NCBI GenBank assembly: GCA_044869275.1
Contig: JBIOXB010000089.1
Location: 1 to 35,979 of the forward strand
Direction of reading: 5' to 3'
Source: a bacterium
Lineage (GTDB): Bacteria; Zhuqueibacterota; Zhuqueibacteria; Zhuqueibacterales; Zhuqueibacteraceae
Length of the DNA stretch: 35,979 nucleotides
Part shown: positions 25,836-35,021 of the stretch, piece by piece
Layout of the letters: each line of letters begins with the position of its first letter
Position numbering within the stretch: the stretch's first letter is position 1
The notes under the pieces: model-generated
Told to the model about the DNA's origin: nothing
What the model saw: only the letters and a program-made list of their open reading frames with translations
The model's database searches: none
Made by a program: the position numbers and the translations under genes

Positions 25836-28130
25836 TCACCAAATCACATTCAGCTCCACGCGGCGGTTCATCAAACGTCCGGCGGGATAACGGTCGCGGC
25901 CGAAAAGATGAGCGGGTATTTCCTCCGGGCGATATTCCATTTGGCAGAAAATTTCGCGCAGTTCCTGGGACAATTCCATTTGGCGATAGAATGGCACGGC
26001 AGCGCCGAAGCCCACGGCGGCAATTGTGATCAAGCGTTTGTGCCCGTGCATTGAGAGGGCGAGAGTGGAAATCTCCAGGGGCAGCAGCGCGCGCAGAGCT
26101 TCGCAGCGCGCGAGAATTTCGGCGGCGGCAGGAATCGGCGCAGGCAATACATTCCCGGCGCGTGCGCGGAAGTGTCTGGTTTTTTCGTGAATGACCAAAT
26201 CCAAGAATTCTTCATCATCGTCAAGCTTCTGTCCATTCGTGGAGGGCTCGCCTTTGGCGCGTTTGCCGCCGGGCTTGATCGTTCCACCCAGATGCTTGCG
26301 CACACTTTCCTGCAAGACCGGAGGAATGAGGAGATTCTCGCTGATCACTTTGATCCGGCTCCCGGCCTGCGCGGCGGAGGCGAGAAGAGAATCGGTGAAA
26401 ATCTTTTTCAGGTGAAGCGCACGGCCGAAGGAGAGGCCCAGATTATAATACCGCCCCACGCCTTGGGCGCGATGCTCGCCCAGACTGTCGCTATGGCCCG
26501 TGATTAGCACCAGAATTTCCGGTGAAGCCGCCGCGGTGCCCTCTCGCACGCCCTTCAGAACTTCACGGCCAATGCGGGCCACGCGTTCACGATCCAAATC
26601 GTAGGTCAAATCCACGCGATCATACGGCGAAAGCGCAAAAACCTCGTCACGCACGATTTGCTTCCGTGCGATGCGAAAGCGGATCACGTTGCTTTCCAAT
26701 AAACGCGGCGAGGCAAATACGGCCAGCTTCAAAACCGCATTGTATTCGCCCGGCGTCAAGAAGGCGTTCATCTGCGGCGCATCCAAACGCAACGTCGTGT
26801 GGCCGCGCAGCGCGCCGTCCAATTTGCCGGCAGAGATTTCTTGCCGGCATTTCTCTCCCCGCTCACTTGTGACTTCGAGCATGCCGCCACGCAGACATTT
26901 CAGCATGGCGGCAGAAGTTTCGCCGAGACACTGGAATTCCACATAATCCGATTCTTCCTGCGGCTTGATCTTGAGCGGCTCGAAAATAATGCGTTGCACT
27001 TCCGGCGCAGCGACCAGCGGCACCACCCGGTTTTCTTCCGCGAACCATTGCGGCGAAACTTCGGATTCGTTGATTTTGAGATAGTATTGTGCCTCTGCCG
27101 AGGTGGCCATCCGCTGCGAAATAAGGCTGCGACAAGCGGAGTCGGGCTTGATGGAATCCGATTCCCGGCCGCGAGGGTTTGATGAATCTTCGCACGGTGC
27201 GCGAGCCTTTTCCGTGAGCGCTGCCAGTAAGTGGTCCGCGCGTCGTTTCGCCAAATCCAAGCGTGTGGGCGTGTCAAGGCCAGATGCAAAATCATCCAGC
27301 ATCACCAGGCTCGCCGGCAGCGCGGCGCAAGCCAGGCGCTTTGCCATGACACCCAAAAACATGGAGCGAAACAGCCGGTCGGTTTCGTTGCCGTTGGGCC
27401 AGGGAGAGCCCGGCTCAAAAAACGTGCTGGCGATCAAAGGAATGTGAATGTAGGCATTGCTGACTTCGTGCAGAGCGCCGTCCTTGGCCACCGCGATTTG
27501 CGGCTGCGCCAGAGGGCAGAAAAATTCGACGCGCTGCCGCGTTGCAAAAGCCAGGCGGCCTTTGCGCGTGAGCTGAAAGCGCAATTCATAAATGCCGGGA
27601 AGCCCGGGCTGAAAATGGAAGACCCCGAGGCGCATCAAATCATTTCGGCTCATCGCAAGCGTGGACTGAATGGCGATTTGCGCCAGCGTGTCCTGCGCCG
27701 TCAGCTGGCGCAGCGCCAACACGCGGCCGTCATTCATGCGAATCGTCACCTTGCTCCAATCGGCTTCGGCGCTGGTGCTGTCTTTTCTGGCAAGATCGGA
27801 TCCTATTTGCCAGGCGGGCAAATATTGCAGCTCAAGGCGGTGCAGCCAAAAACGCAGCTGCGAGGGCGAGGCTGCTACCAGCGCCTGCAAAACGGAATCG
27901 GAGCCGAGATAAGCAGCATTGACATGCAATTTAAATCCCGTGAGCTTGACATCATGTGCACCGGGCTTGATTTCTTTGTTCCAAACATTCAAGGTGCAGG
28001 CATAAGTTTCGGCCAGGCTGAGCCGCGCATACACGCTATCCACAGCCGGCCGAGGCCAGGCCTCTGCTTCCACACTGCTCAACAGGCAGTAAAAAACCAT
28101 GCTGCTTCGTTTTATGAGGTGTTTGAGCAT
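25836..28130 (-). CDS. Exported protein with two divergent OmpA-like (peptidoglycan-binding) domains
   Basis: C-terminal ITGHSDSLG...YNLGLSFGRA...VGFG...GRLMNRRVEL; internal degenerate copy FFEPGS...LAKRRADHL...EENRVV; signal-like N-terminus. Confidence 0.72.
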   Translation of the reverse strand: MLKHLIKRSSMVFYCLLSSVEAEAWPRPAVDSVYARLSLAETYACTLNVWNKEIKPGAHDVKLTGFKLHVNAAYLGSDSVLQALVAASPSQLRFWLHRLELQYLPAWQIGSDLARKDSTSAEADWSKVTIRMNDGRVLALRQLTAQDTLAQIAIQSTLAMSRNDLMRLGVFHFQPGLPGIYELRFQLTRKGRLAFATRQRVEFFCPLAQPQIAVAKDGALHEVSNAYIHIPLIASTFFEPGSPWPNGNETDRLFRSMFLGVMAKRLACAALPASLVMLDDFASGLDTPTRLDLAKRRADHLLAALTEKARAPCEDSSNPRGRESDSIKPDSACRSLISQRMATSAEAQYYLKINESEVSPQWFAEENRVVPLVAAPEVQRIIFEPLKIKPQEESDYVEFQCLGETSAAMLKCLRGGMLEVTSERGEKCRQEISAGKLDGALRGHTTLRLDAPQMNAFLTPGEYNAVLKLAVFASPRLLESNVIRFRIARKQIVRDEVFALSPYDRVDLTYDLDRERVARIGREVLKGVREGTAAASPEILVLITGHSDSLGEHRAQGVGRYYNLGLSFGRALHLKKIFTDSLLASAAQAGSRIKVISENLLIPPVLQESVRKHLGGTIKPGGKRAKGEPSTNGQKLDDDEEFLDLVIHEKTRHFRARAGNVLPAPIPAAAEILARCEALRALLPLEISTLALSMHGHKRLITIAAVGFGAAVPFYRQMELSQELREIFCQMEYRPEEIPAHLFGRDRYPAGRLMNRRVELNVIW

Positions 28131-28219
28131 TGCTGCTATCGTGCTTTTTTCACATGAATACTAACAGGTGCTTTGCGAAGCTCACTTTTGAGGTGGCTTT
28201 GCGCTTCTTCAACCTCCTG

Positions 28220-29329
28220 TCAATGCAGGCCAGTGGCCACGGGCTTGGAAAACGAAAGTGAGAAGCGATGATTGAAAAAACCCTCCGGCCGGTCGCTTTG
28301 AAAAAAGGCCGGGAACATGAACACATAATTCAACTCGAACAAGGAAGGCTTGGCCAGCTTGAAGCCGGCCGCGATCCAGTTGTGATTGGCGCCCAAACGC
28401 AGCCGGAAAATCTCGGGGGCGACCTGCGGCAAGCCGGTCTCCGTTCCGGCGTAAAAGCGCCAGCCTTGCAGCCCGGCGTCATGCTCGGCATCCACGGAGA
28501 ACGACCATTGCCGGCGCCGCTGCAAGAGCACGGCCGCGCCCAAACGTTCCCGGCGCGGCGCGCGCACTTCCTCTTCCAGCGCGAGATTCGGCTGCAGCAC
28601 GTTCGCCCAGGTGAATGCCAATTGGGCGCGCGGATGAATGGCGGCCATCATGCCCAGATCCAATCCCGCGCTGAATTGGCTGCGGCCGTGGGCGTCAAAA
28701 AAATCCTGGATGATGAGGAGCTCGTCCGGCGAATTCACCTGCGCCTGATCAACGAGGTCGCGGTCATATTGCAAACCGATAAGCTTGCCGGTGAGGCTCA
28801 CGCTCAACAGATGCGGCAAATGATTGCTTTCCTCACGCGCCTCGGCTATTTCAAAGAAACCCTTGCTGAAAAATGCCGCCAGCGTCATTTGATCCAGCAG
28901 TCCGGTGCGCAGATAGCCGGCCATCAGCCCGACAGAAAAAGTATTCGAGGTCGGCGCGAGCGCACCACCGGCGGACAGGTTTTCGGCCGGCGCCGAATTT
29001 GCCAGCACCAGCACCGGCTGGGTTTGATTGGGACGGGTAAGGCGATTATACACAATAGCGATATGCGACGCCAAAATCGCATTTTCATTGCTCAAGCTAT
29101 TCTGCAAGGGCCAGCCGGAGCTGAAAAGGTTTTGCATGCCAAAAGACAAGAGCAGACGCTGTGGTGCATAAACCAATCCGGCGGGATTGTAAAGAACACC
29201 CTCGGCGTCATCCGAAATCGCGGCAAAAGCTCCGCCCATTCCTCCGGCGCGCGCACCTTCCGGCCAATAGGTTTGAGCGGCGGCGTTGATCGCGCTCACG
29301 AAAATGAGGAGGACAATAATCTGTTTCAT
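28220..29329 (-). CDS. PorV/PorP/PorQ-like (FadL-superfamily) T9SS-associated outer-membrane beta-barrel
   Basis: Signal MKQIIVLLIFVSAINAAA|Q; N-terminal GARAGGMGGAFAAISDDAEGVLYNPAGL; GLDLG, NVLQP, LRLG and terminal HRFSLSF strands. Confidence 0.82.
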   Translation of the reverse strand: MKQIIVLLIFVSAINAAAQTYWPEGARAGGMGGAFAAISDDAEGVLYNPAGLVYAPQRLLLSFGMQNLFSSGWPLQNSLSNENAILASHIAIVYNRLTRPNQTQPVLVLANSAPAENLSAGGALAPTSNTFSVGLMAGYLRTGLLDQMTLAAFFSKGFFEIAEAREESNHLPHLLSVSLTGKLIGLQYDRDLVDQAQVNSPDELLIIQDFFDAHGRSQFSAGLDLGMMAAIHPRAQLAFTWANVLQPNLALEEEVRAPRRERLGAAVLLQRRRQWSFSVDAEHDAGLQGWRFYAGTETGLPQVAPEIFRLRLGANHNWIAAGFKLAKPSLFELNYVFMFPAFFQSDRPEGFFNHRFSLSFSKPVATGLH

Positions 29330-29393
29330 AGGGTTTTATGTGCCTGCTTGAAAAACGCATTTCTAAATTTTGTCACTCAGCAATCCCTCGCTT

Positions 29394-32300
29394 TCATCGC
29401 ACCACCACAATCGAACCTTGGCATGCCTCTTCGATTTTCCAAACATAGAAACCCGGATCGCACAAGCGCCCGCGCTCGTCGCGGCCATCCCACGGACCCG
29501 GAGAAAGCAGCGAACGAATCAAATTGCCATGCACGTCGAAAATCTGCACGCGCTGGCCGTCGTTGGGCGCGAACGAGACGCCGTTGTGCCGGGTGGGAAT
29601 GAAGGGATTGGGCCGCGCAAAACAATCCTTGCGAATCACCAGCTGATCGGTTTGTGCCGGCTGCGGACCGGCAATGGCCGAAACTTGTAGATAAGCCGAG
29701 GCGGCAACCACCGCTTCCTGCGCGGAAAAGTTTTCGTACTGAAATTGCAGAAACAAACTGTCGCGCGTGCCCGCCGCCAGCTGAAAGCGCCAGTGCATGG
29801 GCATGTTTGCCGGGATGGTTTTGTTGATTTGCAAAACCGAAAAATTCACCGGCGCTAAAGTCACGAACATATCCACGCTGTCTGCCGGAAGCGGGCCGGT
29901 GTTTTCTGCGACCACCACCAAATTCAACGGCTCGCTTTCCGAGGCAAAGCCGTCGAGGTTGCCGTTGGCATCATTGAGATCGACGACGCGCAAAACCACT
30001 TCCGGCTGCGGGCAATAACGCAAGTCCGTGACCCCCAATCCCTTCACCTCTTGCGGGCAAAATCCTGTCGCGGTCACGCTGAAAGACAACAAAATGGTTT
30101 GCGCGGAGAAATCATTTTCACGAAGCACAAATTCAAACGTGGCCACGGCGGAGTCGTTGGGCGCAATGGTTGCCGGTACAAGGCTGACCAGCGTCATGGC
30201 CGCGCACGCTCCGGCAACGGTGGCGCAGGGATTGAGAAAGACAATCTCTTGCGCCGGGAAATTGCGCGGGTTGCGATTCACGATGGTGATGTGAGCCACG
30301 ATGCGCTCACCCGGCTCGGCGCAGCCGTCGCCATTGTCGTCGCTGGTGTGCACGGTGGTTGCCAGCAGGCGCGGCTGTTGTTCCAGCGGCGTGGGCGAGA
30401 TCGTGATGGCGGTGCGGGCGGTGTCATCGGCCGTCATGCAATCCAAAGCCGGGGAGGCCAGCCAGGCAACATTGGTGACGGTAGCCGCGGCACAATGAGC
30501 GCTGTCGCTGGCTCGTGCACGAAAGGAAACACTGCGGCTTTGGCGCGCCGGCAGTGCGCCCACGTTCCAGCGAATTTGATTGGGGCCGGTGCGCACGCCG
30601 CCATTATTGATCAAAACGATGGCGAACGCCGCAGGAAAAGAGTCGGTAATCGCGAGCGTCTCAGCCGCAAGATCGCTTTCATTGCTGGCTCGTAAAATGA
30701 CCTCAAACTCCTCGCCGGGAAGCACCGCACTATCCGTCTGTACCGCAAGCGCGAGCAAATTGGCGCGTGCTTCAAAAACCAGCGCATTACTCGCGCGATT
30801 GTTTGACAATTGGCAATCCCAGCCGTTCGTTTCGAAAATAACGGCGCGCGTGTTGAGCGTGGTGGTCTCACAAAGCGGCACGTCATGGCGCAAGAGCAGG
30901 CGATAGGAAACGCTTTGGCCTTCCCCCGGCGCCAGCGTGAAATTTTGCCGGTGCAGCACGTTGTTGGCGAGGTCATAAACAAAACCTGCAGGCGTATCCA
31001 ACAGTTGCACGTATGCCGGATGGGGAAGCGTGTCCCTCAAACTGATGCCGGTGGCGGCCAGGAACTCGCTGCGATTGAAATAACTCAGCTCGTAAAGCAA
31101 AGTGTCCCCCGGCGCCAGATTCGCGAGTGTTGCCGGCGGCAGGGCGGAAACGGCAAGCTGAATTTCCAATAAATCATCCAACGGCTCGACAAAAGCCGTA
31201 TAGGCCGCGCGATTGTTCTGCCACCGTGAAGGCGATTCCGGGCTGGGGGAGCCATCTGCCGCGGTCGAAGCAATCGTTGCCACATTCGTGAGGTTCGCCC
31301 CGAGGCAAGCCTGGCCGGCAAAATTCAGAAAAAAATCCGGGCGAATGCGCACGAGAAAACTTACCGCCTCGCGCGCGCCCGCGGGAAATTGCGGCCGCTG
31401 CCAGGCCAGTATGCCGTTGGCAAAAGTATAGGGCGAGGTCGCAGAAATGAAATCCACACCGGCGGGTACGGTGTCCGTTATGGTGACATTCCAAGCAGGC
31501 ACATTTATAGAGACATTGGAGAAGTCGATCGTGTAACGCAGTGTGTCGCCCGCGCGCAAACGCGCGCGAGCGCCGCGTTTTTGCACGGCCAGCAGATCCA
31601 AAGGCTCCAAAGTGGCACAGGCACGCGGGAAAAAATTATTCTCGGGCCGGAGGTCGCAATCCGTCTGTAACTGGCCGTTGAAACAAAGTAGATCCAACGG
31701 CGGCACAGAGGGCGCAATCGCAAGAATGCGCAATTGAAAACTGCGCGCGCTGTGCGCGGGCACGAAGCCGAGCTGCAGGCAGAGGGTGTCGGACGGCACC
31801 GCGGGAATGCCGATGCTGTCCGGAGAAACGCCTACCAACGATCCGCTGTCGATTCCGGGAGGAAAGTGAAAGCAAAAATCCACGCGCCGGCCGATATTGC
31901 CGTCATTGCGAAAGAAATATTCCAGAGTGATGATCTCCCCGCTCTGCACCTGCGCGGGAGTAATGGTGACGCGCTCGGCCACGAAATCCGGCGTTAAAAA
32001 CAGCGTGCTCTCCGCGGCGCGCGGCGTGCCTGGGAAAATGCGCTGGCCGGTTTCATTCACAAAGGAAACTTTGGCAAAGGCGGTAACGGGATTCTCGCCG
32101 CACGTCAAGGAGAAATTGCTGACTTCCGCCAGGCGCAATGAAAACACCACGCGCGCGGTGTCGCCTGGCAGTGGCGGCGTGTGCCGGACGACGTTGCCCA
32201 ATTGCCAAACGATCCGGCCTTGCGTGTTGTCGATGGCGAAAGGATACGCTCCCGCATAGTTGAACGAATTCAATTGCAGGGCGAAAGTTCCGTTTTCGAA

Positions 32301-32666
32301 GCGCGGCAAATTGAACTCCGCCTCGACCTCCTGCAACGTGTCAGATTGCAAAGGATCGTTCCAAATCGTGAGTGTGTAAGTCAGGAGGTCGTTCACATCG
32401 GGCCGCTGTTTGTCAACTTTGAAAGTGTAGGAGATGGAAGCGGGAGAATTTGAAGCGCTATGGTCGCGAAGAGGGGAAGCAGTGGAAAGCGAATTGGCAG
32501 AACCCGCAAAAGCGGGGGAAGCAAAAACGCTTCCCGTTTCCGCTCTGGGCGGTAGGAATATCAGCGGCAAAATGATCGCGCCAGCGCGCCAGGACTTGAA
32601 CAGCAGCACGCGCGCCATGCCACGTGGGTGTTTTAGCATGAGGCGAAATGGAGATGCCAACCGCAA
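29394..32666 (-). CDS. Large DUF11/CARDB-like Ig-repeat surface protein with C-terminal T9SS-like sorting domain
   Basis: About seven repeats of the GD.L.Y.I...N...I.D..P type; tail ARPNPFIP...QIFDVHGNLIRSL...WDGRDERG...PGFYVW...GSIVVVR. Start uncertain (32666, 32639 or 32618). Confidence 0.82.
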   Translation of the reverse strand: MRLASPFRLMLKHPRGMARVLLFKSWRAGAIILPLIFLPPRAETGSVFASPAFAGSANSLSTASPLRDHSASNSPASISYTFKVDKQRPDVNDLLTYTLTIWNDPLQSDTLQEVEAEFNLPRFENGTFALQLNSFNYAGAYPFAIDNTQGRIVWQLGNVVRHTPPLPGDTARVVFSLRLAEVSNFSLTCGENPVTAFAKVSFVNETGQRIFPGTPRAAESTLFLTPDFVAERVTITPAQVQSGEIITLEYFFRNDGNIGRRVDFCFHFPPGIDSGSLVGVSPDSIGIPAVPSDTLCLQLGFVPAHSARSFQLRILAIAPSVPPLDLLCFNGQLQTDCDLRPENNFFPRACATLEPLDLLAVQKRGARARLRAGDTLRYTIDFSNVSINVPAWNVTITDTVPAGVDFISATSPYTFANGILAWQRPQFPAGAREAVSFLVRIRPDFFLNFAGQACLGANLTNVATIASTAADGSPSPESPSRWQNNRAAYTAFVEPLDDLLEIQLAVSALPPATLANLAPGDTLLYELSYFNRSEFLAATGISLRDTLPHPAYVQLLDTPAGFVYDLANNVLHRQNFTLAPGEGQSVSYRLLLRHDVPLCETTTLNTRAVIFETNGWDCQLSNNRASNALVFEARANLLALAVQTDSAVLPGEEFEVILRASNESDLAAETLAITDSFPAAFAIVLINNGGVRTGPNQIRWNVGALPARQSRSVSFRARASDSAHCAAATVTNVAWLASPALDCMTADDTARTAITISPTPLEQQPRLLATTVHTSDDNGDGCAEPGERIVAHITIVNRNPRNFPAQEIVFLNPCATVAGACAAMTLVSLVPATIAPNDSAVATFEFVLRENDFSAQTILLSFSVTATGFCPQEVKGLGVTDLRYCPQPEVVLRVVDLNDANGNLDGFASESEPLNLVVVAENTGPLPADSVDMFVTLAPVNFSVLQINKTIPANMPMHWRFQLAAGTRDSLFLQFQYENFSAQEAVVAASAYLQVSAIAGPQPAQTDQLVIRKDCFARPNPFIPTRHNGVSFAPNDGQRVQIFDVHGNLIRSLLSPGPWDGRDERGRLCDPGFYVWKIEEACQGSIVVVR

Positions 32667-32764
32667 AGTTCGCGGAATCCGCTATCCTGACACTGGACGA
32701 CGAGGCAACTCCTTTGCCGCTGCGAGTATCAGCGCGCCCCATGGGCGCGCAGGGGTGGTCGCGC

Positions 32765-32942
32765 TGCACTTTCTAGTGCATTGTTACCCTAGTGCACTGT
32801 AGCATCAATTTTTGTGGCCACTTCATAAAAGGTCATTCAGGAGGAATCTTGTGACGCCTAGACACACTGGTCAATTTTACCAAGATCCCGCAACGGCGGG
32901 ATGATCTGAGGAAGGTACAGTTTGCATGGTGACAGTGCACTA
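32765..32942. promoter_or_regulatory. Cluster of AGTGCA(CT) boxes, candidate operator sites
   Basis: TGCACT-N4-AGTGCA palindrome (32765-32780); CTAGTGCA repeated at 32773 and 32789; TAGTGCACTG (32790-32799) is the exact reverse complement of CAGTGCACTA (32933-32942). Confidence 0.4.
32885..32902. repeat. REP-like palindrome of the ATCCCG...CGGGAT family
   Basis: ATCCCGC-aacg-GCGGGAT, a 7-bp stem. Confidence 0.55.
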
Positions 32943-33138
32943 ATTATTGCGAACATTCTTCACGAGATCATGCAGCAGGAAGTGTCATGCCCCTCCTCTG
33001 GCACTCGATCATGATGAAAATGTAGCCCCACGCTCGTGGAGTACCGGAGCTTTAGCAAGCACAACCGTGCCCACAATGGGCCAGGGCTACCTCATTTTCG
33101 TGCCAAGGCTGAACGAGCATCTCAGAGGCGTTCCCTCA

Positions 33139-34596
33139 CTACGCCGCCAGATTTTCCAAAGTGCTCGTCAGCAGTTTATAAAAATTTCCCACGGTTTTGA
33201 TTTTCACGCGCTCGTCGGGCGAATGCGGAAATTCGATTTGCGGGCCCATGGACACCATGTCCATGCCCGGATATTTTTCACCGATGATGCCGCATTCCAA
33301 GCCCGCGTGAATTGCTTTGATCCCCGGCTCGACGTGGAACAATTCTTTGTGTACCTGTTTCGCAACGGCCAGCACCTTCGAATCGAGATTGGGCTTCCAG
33401 CCGGGATAGCCTTCGACTTCTTCAACCTGAGCGCCAAAAGACTCGGCGATTGCGCGTACTTGATCTTTCACGCCCTGCAGCGCGGAAGTCACCGAGCTGC
33501 GTGTGCTGCTGTGCAGGCGCAGTTTTTTCTTCTTCACCTCCACAATCGCGAGGTTGTTGCTGGTCTCCACCAAGCCGGGGATGTCGTTGCTCATCATCAT
33601 CACCCCGTGCGGCAGGGCCTGCAATAGCGCGAGCACGCGCGCCGTGGTTTTGCCGCTCCAGGATTTTTTGGCCTTGACCGCGCTGATCGAAAAAGCCAGG
33701 CCTGGTTCCACGGTTTGATACTCCGCTTGTATGGCTGCGATTTGCTCCTGCACGGCTTGCGCAAAATCGTTCTGCTTTTTGCGGGGCACGTGCACGACGG
33801 CAAAGGCTTCACGCGGAATCGCGTTGTGCTTGCTGCCGCCGTGGAAATCCGCCAATTTGAATTTGATCCCGCCCGCCTGCCAAATGCGATACAGGGCGCG
33901 CGCCAGCAGCTTGTTGGCATTGCCGCGCTGCAGATGAATATCCACGCCCGAATGCCCGCCGCGCAAAGCGGTGAGCTTGAGCTGCAGCGCCGCGTGATTC
34001 TTGGGCGCGGCCGTTTCCTTCAGCGGCAGATAAATCTCCGAGCCGCCGCCGCCGGCGCAACCCACGTACAGCGCGCCTTCTTCTTCAGTATCGAGATTGA
34101 TCAAAAGCCGGCCGGCGAGCATATCTTCGGCCAGGCCGCTGGCTCCGGTCAATCCGGTTTCTTCATCAACGGTAAACAAAAACTCCAGCGGGCCGTGCTT
34201 GACCTCCATGCTTTCCATCAAGGCCAACGCCGCGGCCACGCCGATGCCGTTGTCCGAGCCCAGCGTCGTGCCTGTGGCTTTCAAATACTCGCCCTCGAGG
34301 CGCGGCTGCAGCGCGTCTTTCTCGAAATCGTGTGGCACCTCGGAGTTTTTTTCATTGACCATATCAAGATGCGATTGCAGGACGACCACCGGCTTATGGT
34401 TACGCCCGTTGACCGCAGGCTTGGTGACCACGACGTTGCCGGTTTCATCCTGTTTATAATTCAACCCGCGCTTCTGCGCGACGCCGATCACATACTCGCG
34501 CATGGCCTGCTCATTCTTCGAGCCGCGAGGGATTTTGAGAATTTCATCGAAATGCTGCCAGACTTGGCGAGGTTCAAGTTCTGAGACGAAGGTCAT
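33139..34596 (-). CDS. pepD: Aminoacyl-histidine dipeptidase (M20C)
   Basis: LQSHLDMV, LGSDNGIG, DEETGL, NLDTEE, GGHSG.DIH..RGNANK, IHAGLECG and PHSPDE. Confidence 0.95.
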   Translation of the reverse strand: MTFVSELEPRQVWQHFDEILKIPRGSKNEQAMREYVIGVAQKRGLNYKQDETGNVVVTKPAVNGRNHKPVVVLQSHLDMVNEKNSEVPHDFEKDALQPRLEGEYLKATGTTLGSDNGIGVAAALALMESMEVKHGPLEFLFTVDEETGLTGASGLAEDMLAGRLLINLDTEEEGALYVGCAGGGGSEIYLPLKETAAPKNHAALQLKLTALRGGHSGVDIHLQRGNANKLLARALYRIWQAGGIKFKLADFHGGSKHNAIPREAFAVVHVPRKKQNDFAQAVQEQIAAIQAEYQTVEPGLAFSISAVKAKKSWSGKTTARVLALLQALPHGVMMMSNDIPGLVETSNNLAIVEVKKKKLRLHSSTRSSVTSALQGVKDQVRAIAESFGAQVEEVEGYPGWKPNLDSKVLAVAKQVHKELFHVEPGIKAIHAGLECGIIGEKYPGMDMVSMGPQIEFPHSPDERVKIKTVGNFYKLLTSTLENLAA

Positions 34597-34688
34597 AACC
34601 TCTACTCCCTTTCCGTGGATATCCTGCTTTTATCTTCTTCTAATTCGTGTTCACATGCGTACTTGAAAATACCAGCAGCAGGCAATTC

Positions 34689-34880
34689 TTAAGGTTCCTT
34701 GGGCGTGAAGCGCAAGGGCTTTTCCATTCCCCTGCAATGGATGAGGAGCGCGGCCCTTTCTCGCGTGAATCTTTCTGCGCTCTGGTCAACGGGGCGCGAA
34801 ACCCCGGTGTCGCGGCTGGCGCACCCCAAGAGGATGATCCCCGGGAGCGCCATCATCGGAAACAACAAACAAGTTGCCAT
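34689..34880 (-). CDS. Possible small lipoprotein or gene remnant
   Basis: 63-aa ORF in an otherwise empty 425-bp gap, co-oriented with its neighbours; hydrophobic N-terminus ending in the lipobox-like ILLGC. Confidence 0.3.
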   Translation of the reverse strand: MATCLLFPMMALPGIILLGCASRDTGVSRPVDQSAERFTRERAALLIHCRGMEKPLRFTPKEP

Positions 34881-35021
34881 GAGGTTCCATTCTTATTGAA
34901 ATTACAACGAAATCTCAGGCATTTGGGCCTCGAACAAATAACCCGTGCAGAGCATCCTACAAAACAAAACTGAATGAATTCCAAAATCCAGGCAGGCAAA
35001 AGCAGAAACACGGGAACGCGC

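Noticed and set aside
28131..28219. Short ORF and AGGTG(G)CTTTGCG direct repeat between the barrel and OmpA genes
   Set aside because: Only two short imperfect copies, and the AGGAGG directly abuts the TTG, so neither a peptide nor an operator is supported.
32975..33110. Sigma54 promoter for the secretion trio
   Set aside because: Several GGCA(C/T)G half-sites occur on the - strand, but none gives a good TGGCAC-N5-TTGC match with correct spacing.
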